From Nemertoderma westbladi (lineage: Eukaryota; Animalia; Xenacoelomorpha), in contig JAUCBJ010007100.1 in the NCBI GenBank assembly GCA_032718475.1, positions 1 to 52,001 of the forward strand: DNA of 52,001 nt. The letters are read 5' to 3'. Positions 36,194 through 49,557 of the stretch are shown in pieces. A model generated the notes under the pieces. The model had not been told where the DNA came from, made no database searches, and worked only from the letters and a program-made list of their open reading frames with translations. The translations under genes and the position numbers were made by a program. Position 1 is the first letter of the stretch. Each line of letters starts with the position of its first letter.

Positions 36194-37595
36194 CTGTAAC
36201 AGTAAGTAATAATTTATCTCAACAACAGATGTTTCGGTTAATGAAAAAGAGTTGAAACATTTATGTTGGATATGTGGAGTAGGCGACAGCCCCAATCGGT
36301 ATGGGGAATGGATTGTACGAGTTTTACGGCTACTCTACTCTTGTGAAGTGGTTATTTAATATTGTATCAAATATATGAGTTGGGTTGACGAGTTAGTTCT
36401 GTCTTCTGTCGTCAGTTATACAGGTTATCATAATTGGCGTTGTTAAGTTTTTTTGATTTGAATAAAACATAATTTATAATAGAGACCAAGCTTGAACATT
36501 TATTTATCTTAACCTTTTAAAATTGTGATGTTTAATATGATTTTTCAGCAGTTCGTCGTAATTATGTTGTAACTTTCTTTCGTTAATCTTGGTATGTTTG
36601 AAAATTGTTTAATTTGTAATTAATACTTTATTCGGCAAAAGTTTGTCGCTTCATAATTCAAATGCATTATAGAAAGTATCCTATTTATTTTCGTGTGGAA
36701 TGTCTGGCGAGAGATACGGAGATGTTGCTTTTAAACAAGGAAGGAATTATTGTATCAAAATTTTAATATTAAAAAATTTTAATTTTTAATTTTAAAAGTA
36801 AAAGTAATTTTAGGATTTGGTTTTTCAAAAAGTGGGATTGTTTGAAATTAAATAATCCTTGCGAGTAGATATTTTGAAACACTACAGATTCCATCACCAT
36901 GACTACAGATTCCATCACCTTGACGAAGAAATTAACGGTCGAAATTGGGCGATGTGATATAGGAGTGAGTGGATTCCGAACTTGGCCCAGTCCTCACTAG
37001 CCACAACTAGTCAGTCTAGATACATTAACATAAACTGACAAACTTCGTACTAAATTTAGGGTTATTTTACGCCTATCTAGTATTTACACGAAAAAAATCA
37101 GTTATTTACAGTATTTTGGGGTAACAGTACTGGGGATAACAGGAATTGGCACCGCCTGTTATTGGTTCACTTTATATTGTCTTTAGGTACGCGCATTAGA
37201 TAACATTATTATTTAACGAATTATTATGGTTCAACCAATTTCGCCAGTCGACTTTGGCGTTTTCCCTTTTTATATTATCAGTGTACGTAGTAATATCGAA
37301 AGTCTCCCTTTGTAGTATGTAGTAGATAAGATACATTTGTACTACTTATTATATAGGCATGCATCACAACATCATTATATAAAACTTAAACAATAGTGAT
37401 AGTATGAATTCACCATGCAAATGGAGGCCAGACGGGTTGAACCTATTATTTCGGACACCATATTAAAAGTTACTTTACTTCACTTCTATGACAGTACCAC
37501 AATATGCAATCGTAATTGTGTATGAAATTACGTAGATAAACAAAAAATTATTATAACTTTCGTTGGGCACAGGCACAACTTTGCAAAGTCGGAAT

Positions 37596-37668
37596 GTCGT
37601 CCAGGTGGGATCGTACTGGTGACCTCCAGGTTGAAAGTCTGACGCTCTAACCATTCAGCTAGCGGCTC
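37596..37668 (-). pseudogene. tRNA-derived sequence (SINE head or tRNA pseudogene, TTC anticodon-like)
   Basis: Minus strand GCCGCTAGCTGAATGGTTAGAGCGTCAGACTTTCAACCTGGAGGTCACCAGTACGATCCC: A-box and D-arm intact, B-box degenerate (GTACGATC), T and acceptor stems imperfect. Confidence 0.6.
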
Positions 37669-39944
37669 AGCTAAAAGATAGACCTGGAAATACTATCTGA
37701 TACCTTGTATGTCCGAAATTTACCTCCTCATGACCTCCCATCAGTCAATACCATCATATGCTGCCACCGTGCTCAAACATACAGTACTTGGCCGTCTTTA
37801 ACCACTCGCTATAATGAAAGGGTAGTGTATATTAACCATGAACCATCATGCCTACTATGATTAATTATAATATACAATAGGCAGTAACCCAGTTACCCAT
37901 AGAGAAATGCGACCGGCATATTATACAATTTATTATTGGTGTTTTGGTGAATGAGTGGTTTCATACATATTATTATAACTTTCGTGTGCCCAACAAAAGT
38001 TATAATATGAAACCAATCATTCACTCAAATGACATTTTGCAAAATGCTCCTCATAAAAACATTCACACATCCCACTTCTTAAGTTCCTGTATAATTCAAA
38101 ACTAACACCGGGCGTAAGCATTACAACATTAGGATATTGAAAGTGGAGCTTACTCAGAGCGTTTTACAACTTTCTTGGAATTCTATTCTCTGAAATTTGG
38201 CACGTTTGTAATTTTCGTTATTCTAAGAATTTAGCACTATTTTGTTTTTTTCAATTTAGTTGCTCAACTTTTCCAAATTGGCGACCAAATGTTGATTTTT
38301 GCACCAATTTGGAAACTTCTAGCACGAAATGGTAAAATTCGGAATGAAGGCCACTGAAATCTTCAAATGTTCTACATGGAGACTTTGTGCGCAGATAAAT
38401 TTGCAAAATTTGCCAAATTTCATTAAAACAAATTCGTTTGGCCCAATTTGGTCATTTTAGGGACATTTTCAATTTACCCAAAAATTACCTCAATGGTGAA
38501 GTTTTCTTATTTTGTCGCTATCTCCAAACCAGTTTGGCCATTTGGATTGAAACTCATACCGAATACAAATGCAATACAGATTGCATCGTGTTAAGATATT
38601 GGCCACAAATATTCAAGAGTCTGCCAATAATTCAACTTTTGGCCAATTTTGGGCCAAATTTGGACATTTTTGACACTTTTTAAATTATTGTAACTTCGAT
38701 TCTTTTAATTTGATCGAAACCGTTCCACTTGTGTAATACTGTATAGAGGGAAGGTGGGAGTTCCATTACTGTTATTGATATTGTGTGTTGCCTGAATATT
38801 AAGGGCCGGAAACTGGGGCCGAACAATGGTAATTTGGGAAGTTGACATAATAGGTTTTGGTTTTGGGAGAAAGTGGTTTTCTCCAAATTCTATAATTATA
38901 TTTTTCTGAAACTTTAATATCATAGGAAACTAATCTGTAACAATAATCAGGAATATCTGGAATTTTTGACCATAATCGTGCACTACTAACGCCATATTTC
39001 GGCTGAAGATGCATTTTTCAGTAAATCCTTTTAAAAGGTTTCTTAGAATTCCATTGGGCACATCTGTACTCGATTCCGTTAAAATCTGAGCAAGTTAAGT
39101 ATTTTTGGATGTTTGGTGCATTTTGGCCGAAATATTTTTTCAGATTTTATTTTTTTTATATTTTAACCAAATTAACCATTTTTTCAGCAAAAAATGACAT
39201 ATATATATAAATAAAACAACTTCATAGGAATTATATTTTTTGTATCTTTGGACAGTCTTTGTCTATAGAACATGTTAGAAAATTGACACATTCCGAAATT
39301 TTCAAGAGTTGGCCGAACCTGGTCAATTTTGAGGACAAATCTGGATTACATAGCCAAAATTATCACTTTTCGGCACCTACAGTTCAATAACTAAACTGGT
39401 TAAAAATATATTGAGTGCAGCAATTGTAAATACAATAATTTCCCTACGTAACAATGAAAAATTAATCGAATATGGTCGTGTTGCACCAGAGTTAAAACGA
39501 TTTTTATACTGCAAATTGCAATATTGTTGTAATATTTGACAAATTTTACTTCCGGGTTGGACTTTGCTGTGTAGTAACGGCTGTTCCGGGGAGGGTGATA
39601 CTTGAACGTTGATAACTCCCGTCTAACTGCGCCATTTTAACTGCAATAAACACCGATGGAAAGGCAATAAAATTATCTGTGAAATGTATGCTCCAACCTG
39701 TGAAACTATTATTATATTATAGGTGTGAGTTAATTTGATACAAATAGTTGCGAATATTTGAACATAGTGATTGCCATTTTAAATATTGTAGATTTTAAAT
39801 TGTATGCGCTCAAGTTTTATGCGAAGTGTTCAAGTGTAGAAAGACTTATTGTTTATTAATACATAGCCGGGACCGTCTTCAGTTACTGTGCTTACATTTA
39901 TGTTTCAGGTTTTATTCATCAGGTTTTATTATTTATAATTCTTA

Positions 39945-40308
39945 GGCCCGTGCTCCACTGGTAAGTCGTATGTCATAGTCGAAATAAATTATGGAACAAA
40001 TTGGTTTCAATGGTAGCGTCTCCACTGGTATGTCATAAGTCGTTTGTTACGACCCATGAGTCGAAAGTGATTATGACCCATGTTCCATATTTTTAAATAC
40101 GACACATGTCCCTGTGATTGGTTTGTTTGGGTAGCAGGAGCAGCAAGCCATTAAATGTTGTGTTCCATTAAATGTGAGACGCATCTCATATTTTTTATGA
40201 AAAGACTTGATGACTTACCAGTGGAGCACGGGAGCAATACTTTTGGCATCGAACTCGACAGAATCTGAAAACGACACGACTCCATGTGTTGCCGGTGGAG
40301 CACGGGCC
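39945..40308. mobile_element. PIF/Harbinger (Tourist-like) MITE
   Basis: TTA|GGCCCGTGCTCCAC...GTGGAGCACGGGCC|TTA: 14-bp perfect TIR, 3-bp TWA TSD. Confidence 0.85.
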
Positions 40309-40339
40309 TTAGTGTGTTGATTCTGTGATCTATTAATAA

Positions 40340-42515
40340 TTGCCTGGAGTACTCTTTACTATTAACAGATTATGAAAAATTAGTCAGCAAACACCTCAGT
40401 GATACCAATACTTATGAAACTGTATTGACTAATAATTTCACCGACACCACCAATGCCATTACTTCACTTTGTAGAAAATATAGAGACAATTTAACAGCAC
40501 AGGAATTTCTCTACCTTACAAAACACAAACCCAGGAGTAGCACCATTCATGTTTTACCCAAGCTCCACAAGTCCAAAATTATATCGGAAAATTCTAAAAA
40601 CGCACTTAATGGAGTCCTGGATATTACATTTCCCAATGATTTACCGTCAAGACCTATTATTTCCAACATAGACTCACCCACCAGCCGCTTATCACAACTA
40701 ATCGATGAGATAATCAAGCCCATTGTCGTTGTCACACCCAGCTATATAAGCTGACTTAGAAGCGAAGCACTTTATCAACTGTATTCCCAGTTTCCTTGAT
40801 CCAAACTTCACACTGACCACTTTCGACGTCACCTCTCTATTCACATCAATTCCACAGGAAAAGGGACTTGAATCTATACAATTTTGGTTAAATGAAGTAC
40901 CTGATTTAATCCCATCACGTTTCAGTAAAGCATTCATCATTGATGGCCTACGCATTGTGCTTCAACATAACAATTTCAATCACTCCAACACATTAAATGG
41001 CAATAACAAATTCTACCGTCAAAAGGAAGGTGGCGCTATGGGATCAAAATGTATACCTAACTACTCCAGCCTTTTTCTAGCCCCCCAGGAACTGCGCGCT
41101 GCCAAGATAATAAAGGATAGGTTTGGTGAAACATGTCATCAGTTCTTCATTAATAACTGGAGACGTTTCCTTCACGATTGCTTCTTGGCTAAATAGTCTG
41201 GATCTTAGTGTAAATGAACTTTTATCCATTCTTAACAACCTATGCCCTGGCATTTCCTTCACTATGGAATTAAGCCCCCACCACATAACTTTTCTCGATG
41301 TTGTGGTTATTAACCCACAATATGACGCTGGTGCCCCAACACTAGATATTTTCCACAAACCCAGAGATGCTTGAAGATATTTAAATTATCATTCTTGTCA
41401 CCCACGGCACACCATAATCAACATACCCTGGAATTTGGCCAGGCGAATAATGACGATAGTGTCTAACCCTGAAACGCAAAAAATAAGACTCTCTGAACTA
41501 AAAAACAAACCCATAAAGTGCGATTATCCGAGGGCCTTAATTGACAGAGCCATAACAGAAGCCCTGAAGGTAGAACGCAGTGAAATGCTAAAAGACAAAC
41601 CGAAACTAAAGAAAAACATTTTACCATTTATCACTCACTACCTTTAATCCCAACATAAACAACAAATTCCATGACGTCATCAAGCCAGCGTATGAAATTC
41701 TGAAAATAGACTCTAATATTTCTAAGATAATATCCAACCAACGATTAACACTCTGTTACAGGCAACCACCGAACATTTCGAAAACCCTACGTCAACAACC
41801 ACGCAACGGGACCAAAATCACCGGCGTAACAAAGTGTAACAAGTTACGTTGCGAAGTATGTAAAATTATAATTGAAGGAAAACGTCTAACATTAAAGAAC
41901 AACAAGTCGAAGTCATTCATAATAAAGTCGCACATGACATGTGACAGTAAGGACGTGGTATATGTTTTGACTTGCATGACGTGCCGTGATTTTTACATAG
42001 GCCAAACCTGCAATTTTAGAGCGCGCACGGCTTTACACCGACAGCAAATCAACTCCCAGCATTTGCGCGTTTTAAAAGTCAGCAAACATATTGCTTCGTG
42101 TGGGTCGGGCAAATTCAATATAACCCCAATATTTCAGTGCTACGGTAGTAACCCGGATATAAGGGAGCCATACGAGACACACCATCAGAGGTTATTGCGC
42201 CCAACATTAAACTCGCCTCTCTCCACTGCCGATATAATACAACTACAACAACAAAAGAAGGGAATACCCCCCACCGCCCCGCCACTGCTCCATTGTTATC
42301 AACCGCATCGACAAATCACATGGGACAATTAGTTACAACAACGGCCCCTACGACCAATATGGCAAGGGCCCAACCTTTAAATATCTCTACAAACTCAAAC
42401 CTTAAATATCTCTACAAACTCAAATATTTAATAATAGTCCTGAAGAGGTAATCAGAAATGCATTGACTCATTATTATTTAATTTGATTATTTTTACCTTA
42501 TTTATTAATAAAACC
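40340..42515 (+). mobile_element. Penelope-like retroelement (RT plus GIY-YIG endonuclease), frameshifted and 5'-truncated
   Basis: LPKLHKS..PSRPIISNIDSPT, TFDVTSLFTSIP, YRQKEGGAMGSKCIPNYS, WRRFLHDCF (degenerate RYxDD), ITFLDV, YLNYHSCHPRH, and CDSKDVVYVLTCMTCRDFYIGQT..RTALHR (GIY-YIG). Confidence 0.92.
42430..42478 (+). ncRNA. Putative minimal type I hammerhead ribozyme in the Penelope 3' pLTR
   Basis: AATAATAGTC-CTGAAGA-GGTAATCA-GAAA-TGCAT-T-GACTCATTATT: core intact, stem I pairs, palindromic ATGCAT stem III, stem II weak. Position is as expected for Penelope-like elements. Confidence 0.65.
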
Positions 42516-42771
42516 GTTTTTTACTGTCATAATGTTAACTAAATAATTTAATATAATTTGACTGATAATATCAATAATTTTTTACTTTTTCATCGAACTC
42601 GAATTTTGATTATAATATGCAAAATTGAAATGAAAAGTCGGAATGATAAACTTAGTATGTAAGGTTTTTAGTTTTTAATAGGAAATGTTGTTGTGCCTCT
42701 GACAAATTGACATCGCTTCTGCATTACATTGGACACCAAGTAATGTATCTTTGATTAACAAGAAGTAATAA

Positions 42772-43073
42772 TCTATACCTATAAAAATCAAATTATCTCT
42801 CTCTGTGTTCGAACTCCTCCAAAACGGGCGGAGGGATTGCGCTGAAACTTGGCATGTGTGTATAACTTTAACCAGCGGTCGTTATAGGCCACTTTTCGAA
42901 AAGTTTAATTCACGTTCGGTACCGGTACTAGGTACCGGTACGTCAGTAGGCCTATACCGGTGCCGGTACTAGGTACCGGTACGTCAGTAGGCCTATACCG
43001 GTACCAGTACGCCAGTAGGCCTATGCCGGTAGCGGGAAATACCGGGTAACATGCCTCGGGTATTGCCTGCTAG
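42772..43073 (+). mobile_element. Non-autonomous Helitron (~300 bp)
   Basis: A|TCTATACCTATAAAA 5' end, subterminal hairpin AATACCGGG..CTCGGGTATT, CTAG|T 3' end, no TSD; internal ~42-bp duplication rich in GGTACC/ACCGGT palindromes. Confidence 0.8.
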
Positions 43074-43167
43074 TATAATATAATATAATAATATATAATA
43101 TAATATTTCCCAATTGGGTGGGAAATAAGCTGGACATCGTATAAAGTTATTATTATTTCGCAGTAAC

Positions 43168-45817
43168 ATGGAACGATTAACGAAACGGACTTCTATAACT
43201 GTTTTCATTATATTGATACTGTTTGTTGTGTCACAATTAATATTATATACAGGCTACTATGGTGGGAAGGCACCCATACCACTTCCAATTGGATTCTTAA
43301 CTGCACACAACTTGTCTCAACTGAATACTGGTAAAGTCAACTGTCTAGATTATTTACCAGCATCATTCTTATCAGTATACGAATACGACCTGGACAATGA
43401 AATTACAAATCCATTTCCATTCGCGAAGAATTTTTTACAACTTCAAAAATGCCTTAACCAAAAGTTAATAAATCAGACCTCTTACAGTCCTCTCTTCTGG
43501 GCGAAATCTGGAGTCAACTTAGATAAACTCGAATCCGTATATGGAGCAAAAGTTTGGAATAATCGCCCATTTCTATGGATCTATTGGGACAATCCAAAGA
43601 CTTACCCTGCCTTTGTAGACTTGTGCCTTACAACTCTCTGGTGCCACGAAACGCCAGACTTTACTGTCGTACTTCTAGACGACGTTGCTTTGAAGAATCA
43701 TTTGACGTACATCCACCCTGCGTTCGATTATCTGAAATCAGCGTGGAAGTCAGATTATTTCAGAGCGGTTATGTTGCATTATTATGGGGGAATGTACACA
43801 GATGCAGACATCATTGGAATGGGCTCCTCTAAATACAAATGGGATCTTCTTAAGGATTATGATATTGTCGCCTGTACTGAACCTCGAGAACATTCTAGAA
43901 CAACCTACGGAGTTATTGGTAAGTTTCTATTATCGTCAATTCATGCATTTCCCCACTCAATAACAAATAATGTAATAAGTAGATTCCTTATTGACCATAC
44001 TATTCTATAATAGAAACATGTTCACACTCGATGTGACATTCTATAGCCCTAACCAAAAGGGCTCTGGCGCACTATTGAGTGCAAATAGGATACACGTAAA
44101 CAACAGAGAAAACACTATTATCAGTACCGGTGAGCACCGTTATGAGATACAAAATAAATGGAGCTATTCTAAATTTAACCAAACCGCCAATAAGTCAAAG
44201 AAGAGGGGAAAGTTCTTCCCTCCAACCTCTCTCTTACGCTGCACCACCCCAACGCAACCCAAAGGTGCACAGAGGATTGATGACAGGCAGGTACAGTATT
44301 AACATAAAATTTGTGTTTTAAAAGTAATGGGTTCGCTGGGTATTTTTCCCCTAGGGGAAAAAAGTTGTTCTCCTGAATTTGGGTTCGAGTTCGAGAGAAA
44401 AATTAACAATTTAAGAATAAAATCGATTTTATTACATATTACATTTCTGTTAACTTGACGGAGCTATGCATTGTCATCCAAAACTTATAAATATAAAAGT
44501 ATTCACCCAAGGGTAGTAAACTCCATCTAAATTAACTGTGAATATCCCTATGTTCAGGTCCCATTCGCGCGAATAGCAGCTTTACAATTCGGTGGGTTAC
44601 AAATATTTACTCTATTCTGGATGAGAACCTGGAGAAATTAAAAAGACACAATGCTGACCCCGACACATTTAACTACCCATTCGATTGGGGAGCGCTAGGT
44701 GGCGTTGGAGTTGGTTTACCTGCGTTGAATTGGGCCGTAGAAAACAAAATGGTCAGGTTGGTTGGTATTGACGCAATATACGAACATTTAAAGGTTTTTG
44801 ATCCATCAACAAAGTGTTGCTGTTGCGATTAAGTAAATAAAACATCTTACCGTAGGAAAGGACTGTCGCGCTTAATCCATTCCTTTTCTTTATTGTGGAA
44901 AATTAAACTAAATAAGGTTACGAATGTCTCTTGACCAACATTATTTTAGATGGGGTGGTAATACAACCTGCTGGCGGTGGTTGGAATAGAGGAACACTCT
45001 CAAATACACGGAGCTCGACTTTACCGATGATCTTGGTTTAATGTCAAAAGCAGTGGATACTGCTCAAAGATACTCAGCTGTTTGTAGGTGTAGGTGTAGG
45101 ATCTTGGATTCGGAGATCAGTTGAAGACATCCGAATATGAAAGGGCAATGCATTGCATAGTCTGCATTAAATAAACTATCAAGGGCATGGGGAGCACCTG
45201 TCCTGTAATCAAAACTTATCTAATAAGTTTATTCCGGACAGCTGTAGAGGCTGTGCTGAGAGCTGCAGCTGCTATACGGTAGGCAAACCTTATAGCAACT
45301 AAGACATAGAAGTTGCATGAAGTGAGTAATAAGCCGACTGTACTGTAGACAGCTGATCAGTAGCTTTCTCAGTAAGTAGTATTCTATAGAAAAGAAACAA
45401 AGACTATTTGGTTTGACGAATTGATGTACATATACGGTAAAGTATTTATTTAAATTGATGATTAAAATTTAATTTAAAATGAAGCCTTTATTCAAAAGTA
45501 ACTGTAGTTAGTAGTTCCATGGCCTACTGAAGATATAAATCGCAGGTCATGGTAGATACTAATCAATAATAATGTCAAGTGTTTTCATTTTTAGGTATAC
45601 ATATGTAAATGGAATGGGAGAATGTCTACAATACAGTATGGATCAGTTAACAGGAAAAAATAAACTTCCTAAGCCACAACAAACCGACGTTCTGGTCTTT
45701 TCAGGTTCCAGTGGTATATTTGGCCAAAAAACTCATGAACAAATTCTCGAAATGAATAATAATTTAGTGCGAATCCTCAAATACAGTTTAATTAAATGTG
45801 CAAAGAAATTAGTTTAA
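43168..45817 (+). CDS. Type II membrane DxD glycosyltransferase (GT32 / capsular polysaccharide synthesis-like), 3 exons, 390 aa
   Basis: Exons 43168-43918, 44558-44756 and 45595-45817 with GT-AG sites and matching phases (1,2). N-terminal TM anchor (ITVFIILILFVVSQLILY); LWIYWDN, FVDLCL, KSDYFRAVMLHYYGGMYTDAD. Confidence 0.88.
44950..45078 (+). mobile_element. Short RTE-like LINE RT fragment in intron 2 of the glycosyltransferase
   Basis: TELDFTDDLGLMSKAVDTAQ resembles the DLDFADDIALLS..AQ catalytic region. Confidence 0.55.
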
Positions 45818-47826
45818 ATTCAAAAATTTAAATTGAAAAAATTCAGAAATTTGTTTTTTATTGCACCTAGAGCAGAATTTAATGGGGATTTCAAATCTGA
45901 AAACGGCTTATAGAGATCTCTTTTAGTTCTCGAGTTATCGTGGAATAGCTGTCTGCAAACCTGTGTGTCATAATGTAAGACAGACAGACAGACAACCGAC
46001 AGGCGGACAGACTACATTCCACCAAATATTAAAACTGACGTCAGAAATGAAATCAGCGACCCCGAAAACCCCCATAAATATAATTTTAGCTCGGTGCTGT
46101 GCTTCCTTCATGTCAGACACTCTTAACCAACCAGACGCCATACAGGTAGTTTTACGCGGGAAGGTTTGAAATTTGAAGGCGATTATCTCAGAATGACATT
46201 CTTTCGCACGAAAAATACTACTCCTCCGCCATTTCTTAACCGTTTTTTTGAAATTTTTGATTTATATTAAAGATACGTTCATAGGCTTCAATGAATTTCA
46301 CGCACTTATCTTAATTTGATAATATTTCCCCATTTTTGTAATGAAAATTTACAAAAAAACATGGGTTATTTCAAGTTTTCAAAAATTTTGATTTTTTTTT
46401 ACAAAATTGACCAATTATCAGAAATAGAAAACGTAAATACAAAAAGTGCGTGAAAAATATCATGAAGAAAAACATGCTGGTTACAAAAAATGTGGTATTG
46501 GAAAATAAAAATGGAAAATGACGGAGGAGTAGTCTTTTTAGTGAAATTCTTTAAATCGCTAGGGGGCGCAAAAAAGTTTTTTTTTTCAAATTTTTTATGT
46601 ACTTTTGATGATTCTCATTCCGATGATACTATATCGTTTTCTATACATTTTTCAACCACATTGAAGACATGTCCAAAATAAAAAAAAAACCGTATTGTGG
46701 TTGGGGGGGGGGGGGGGGGGGGGTGGGGGGTACCCCACCCCCCTTAAAGAAACATTATTGTAACGTATGTATTGTATCAATGAGCCACTACTGTGAGACT
46801 TAGAGGGAGAACCAAGCATCACTCTGCAAAAACGACTTCTCAAATAAAATGACTGCAGTAAATTTTTTGTATTTATGTTTACATTTGCATGTATATGAAA
46901 TGATACAGTAAAGGCGAATTTGATCTTGGTTGGGTTGCTAACCTTATTCCAAATGCAGTATTGACTTTGAAACATTATGTTTCAACTACGACAACATCGT
47001 CACATAACTTATTACTGTTATGCTCGTTATGTAGCTTTTCATTGATGTCAATCAATCTGTCTTGTTGTGTCCTGCTTTTATTGTATTAATATATAAATAT
47101 ATTATATAGATATATCGACACACCTGTTAATTTCATTCGCTATTGGGTAATATTAACATTGATATTATGTCTCAGTCCCTATTTTTTTACTATTCCTGTC
47201 AAAAGTGCCCCTCGATGGTTCAACTTGCTAAACTCCACTGTAATAACCACACAATGCTACTTATTTATATTTTCTCAGGAATTTTCTTTTTTTAATTTTA
47301 TTTAAATTTTTAGCCAACTTTTAAGAAATACAATTCGATTACCACGCACGGGGTGTATTTTTATTTACAAAAAGTCCCTATTTTTTTTTATAAGACATGC
47401 CTGCCGTCGATGCGTCGGTACATTCTTTATTGCCAATAATTGTAAATGTATTATTCCCCCGAAATATTCAAGTTTAATTGTAAACTATTGTAACTGATGT
47501 GGTTAATGTCGCTGATAGCATTCAACCAACTAATGAAGTTCCGACCACTTCAACGTGACTGTTTTGCGGCGCCCATTGTTGGACTGTCCCGCTAACGCAT
47601 CCAAAGATTTCTCGTTGAGATTCACGGGTCCTCCGATAAGGAGGGAACTGTGCACCGGAGGGTCGGAGGTGTCGGCACGTACAACCTCTTGAGATGGACA
47701 GCTAATGGACGTTGTACGGCACGGAGATGCAATCAATGCATCGCTGCCCACAATCCTATCAGTTCGATGGAGTTGGTAAAAAGATTCCTTTGTTGTGGAA
47801 CAAATCACAATCGCGTTACGCAAACT

Positions 47827-49168
47827 TGTGGGGCGAGCCACGAAGTTGGCGGAGCCTTAGCGAATTGACACTGTTAGGGGGTGGGTCAATTTATGCAAAT
47901 ATGGGGCGAGCCACGAAGTTGGCGGAGCCTTAGCGAATTGACACTGTTAGGGGGTGGGTCAATTTATGCAAATAGTTGTCGTCGTCGTCGTCGTCGTCGT
48001 TGTCGTCGTCGTCGTTGTCGTCGTCGTCGTTGTCGTCGTCGTTACGATTTTGACATGCTAATAACTTTGTCGGATTTAAAGCTGCCAAGTTGAAAATTTG
48101 TAGGTATCAATATGAGCAAAAGTTGAGATTTTTGAGAGACTTTCAGACACCATCAGTGCAATGGTCTCCCGCTAGAGGGCCACATGTCTAAACATTAAAT
48201 GGCCACCCATTTCTTTGCTTTTAATCCGTTTAAGCTGAAACTTGGGAAGTATGTACTAGACCATTAGCTGTAAATTTCAAAGGAGGCTAATCTGTCTGCA
48301 GTTCTCCAGTCTGCCGCTAGAGGGCGAAATGTCCCGAATGTGAAATTATTCTTCCATTTAGTTGTTTATGATCTGATTACGCTGAAACTTGTCATATATG
48401 TACTAGATGACATCCTGAGTCTTTGTGTGGATTGTAATCGGTCCGAAGTTTTCCAGTCTCCCGCTAGAGGGCCACATGTCTAAACATTAAATGGCCACCC
48501 ATTTCTTTGCTTTTAATCCGTTTAAGCTGAAACTTGGGAAGTATGTACTAGACCATTAGCTGTAAATTTCAAAGGAGGCTAATCTGTCTGCAGTTCTCCA
48601 GTCTGCCGCTAGAGGGCGAAATGTCCCGAATGTGAAATTATTCTTCCATTTAGTTGTTTATGATCTGATTACGCTGAAACTTGTCATATATGTACTAGAA
48701 GACATCCTAAGTCTTTGTGTGGACAGTAATCGGTCCGGAGTTTTCGAGTCTGCCGCTAGAGGGCGAAATGTAGGAAAGTGATAACCTTTGCGAATTCCTT
48801 GATCTTAATCTATTTAAGCTGAATTTTGGAATATACAGTACCGGTATGTACTAGACCACATGCCTCGTCTTTGTGAGGAAGGTGATCGATCCGTAGTTCT
48901 TTAATATGCCGCTAGAGGGCTAAATGTATGAAAGTGAAAACCTTCCAACATTTCGTTATTTATGATCCGTCAATCGGAAACTTGGTAGATATGTAATAGA
49001 CCATAGGATGTGGCTTTGTAGGGAAACTAATCCTTCCTTCTTCAGTTACCCAGTCTCCCGCTAGAGGGTTAACGTTTTCCGGGAAAATCTTCTCCTATGT
49101 TTTTATAATCCTTTCGAGTTGATACTTAGCATTAACTCATTTCACGTGCTGCGCGAAGGCCCCACTTC
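47827..49168 (+). mobile_element. Helentron-like non-autonomous element (HINE/pearl-type) carrying a ~146-bp satellite array
   Basis: Duplicated ~75-bp 5' module, (GTC)n microsatellite at 47975-48041, seven CCGCTAGAGGG-anchored units (48164-49070) with an AB-AB dimer structure; both ends shared with 5616-6611. Confidence 0.75.
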
Positions 49169-49557
49169 GTGTATCTCTCTATGCAGGTAATGGTTAGGGT
49201 TGGCTGAGTCAACAGCTGCACAAAGTGGCATTACATCAAACAAAACAGTTCAGTGTTTGCAGTCAAGGAATTGAAATGTTGATGTACTGCCATGGGAGAA
49301 AATCGATTACACATATAATTTCTTTACAATATCCTTTTTTTATATTCAAAAATATGTCAAATATCTGAGAAATAATAGCATTTCCTAACGATATATAATT
49401 TCGAATGATGCAAAGAATTATGAGAAGAATGGGGTGAGATATTTCTTATTTTTTATATAACAAATAAAATTAAAAAAAATTTTAATTTTAATTTTAATTT
49501 TTATTACCTTAATTTTTCTATTTTTTACGTCTGGAATCGTATGGGGTTTTGTGGTAC

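Noticed and set aside
37596-37668. Functional tRNA-Glu gene
   Set aside because: T-arm and acceptor stems do not pair properly and the B-box is altered.
45830-46750. Additional Helentron-like element with a (CAGA)n tract
   Set aside because: Looks repeat-derived, but no termini or second copy in the window to define it.
47881-48093. Protamine-like Arg/Cys-rich ORF
   Set aside because: Translation of the (GTC)n microsatellite within a dispersed repeat.
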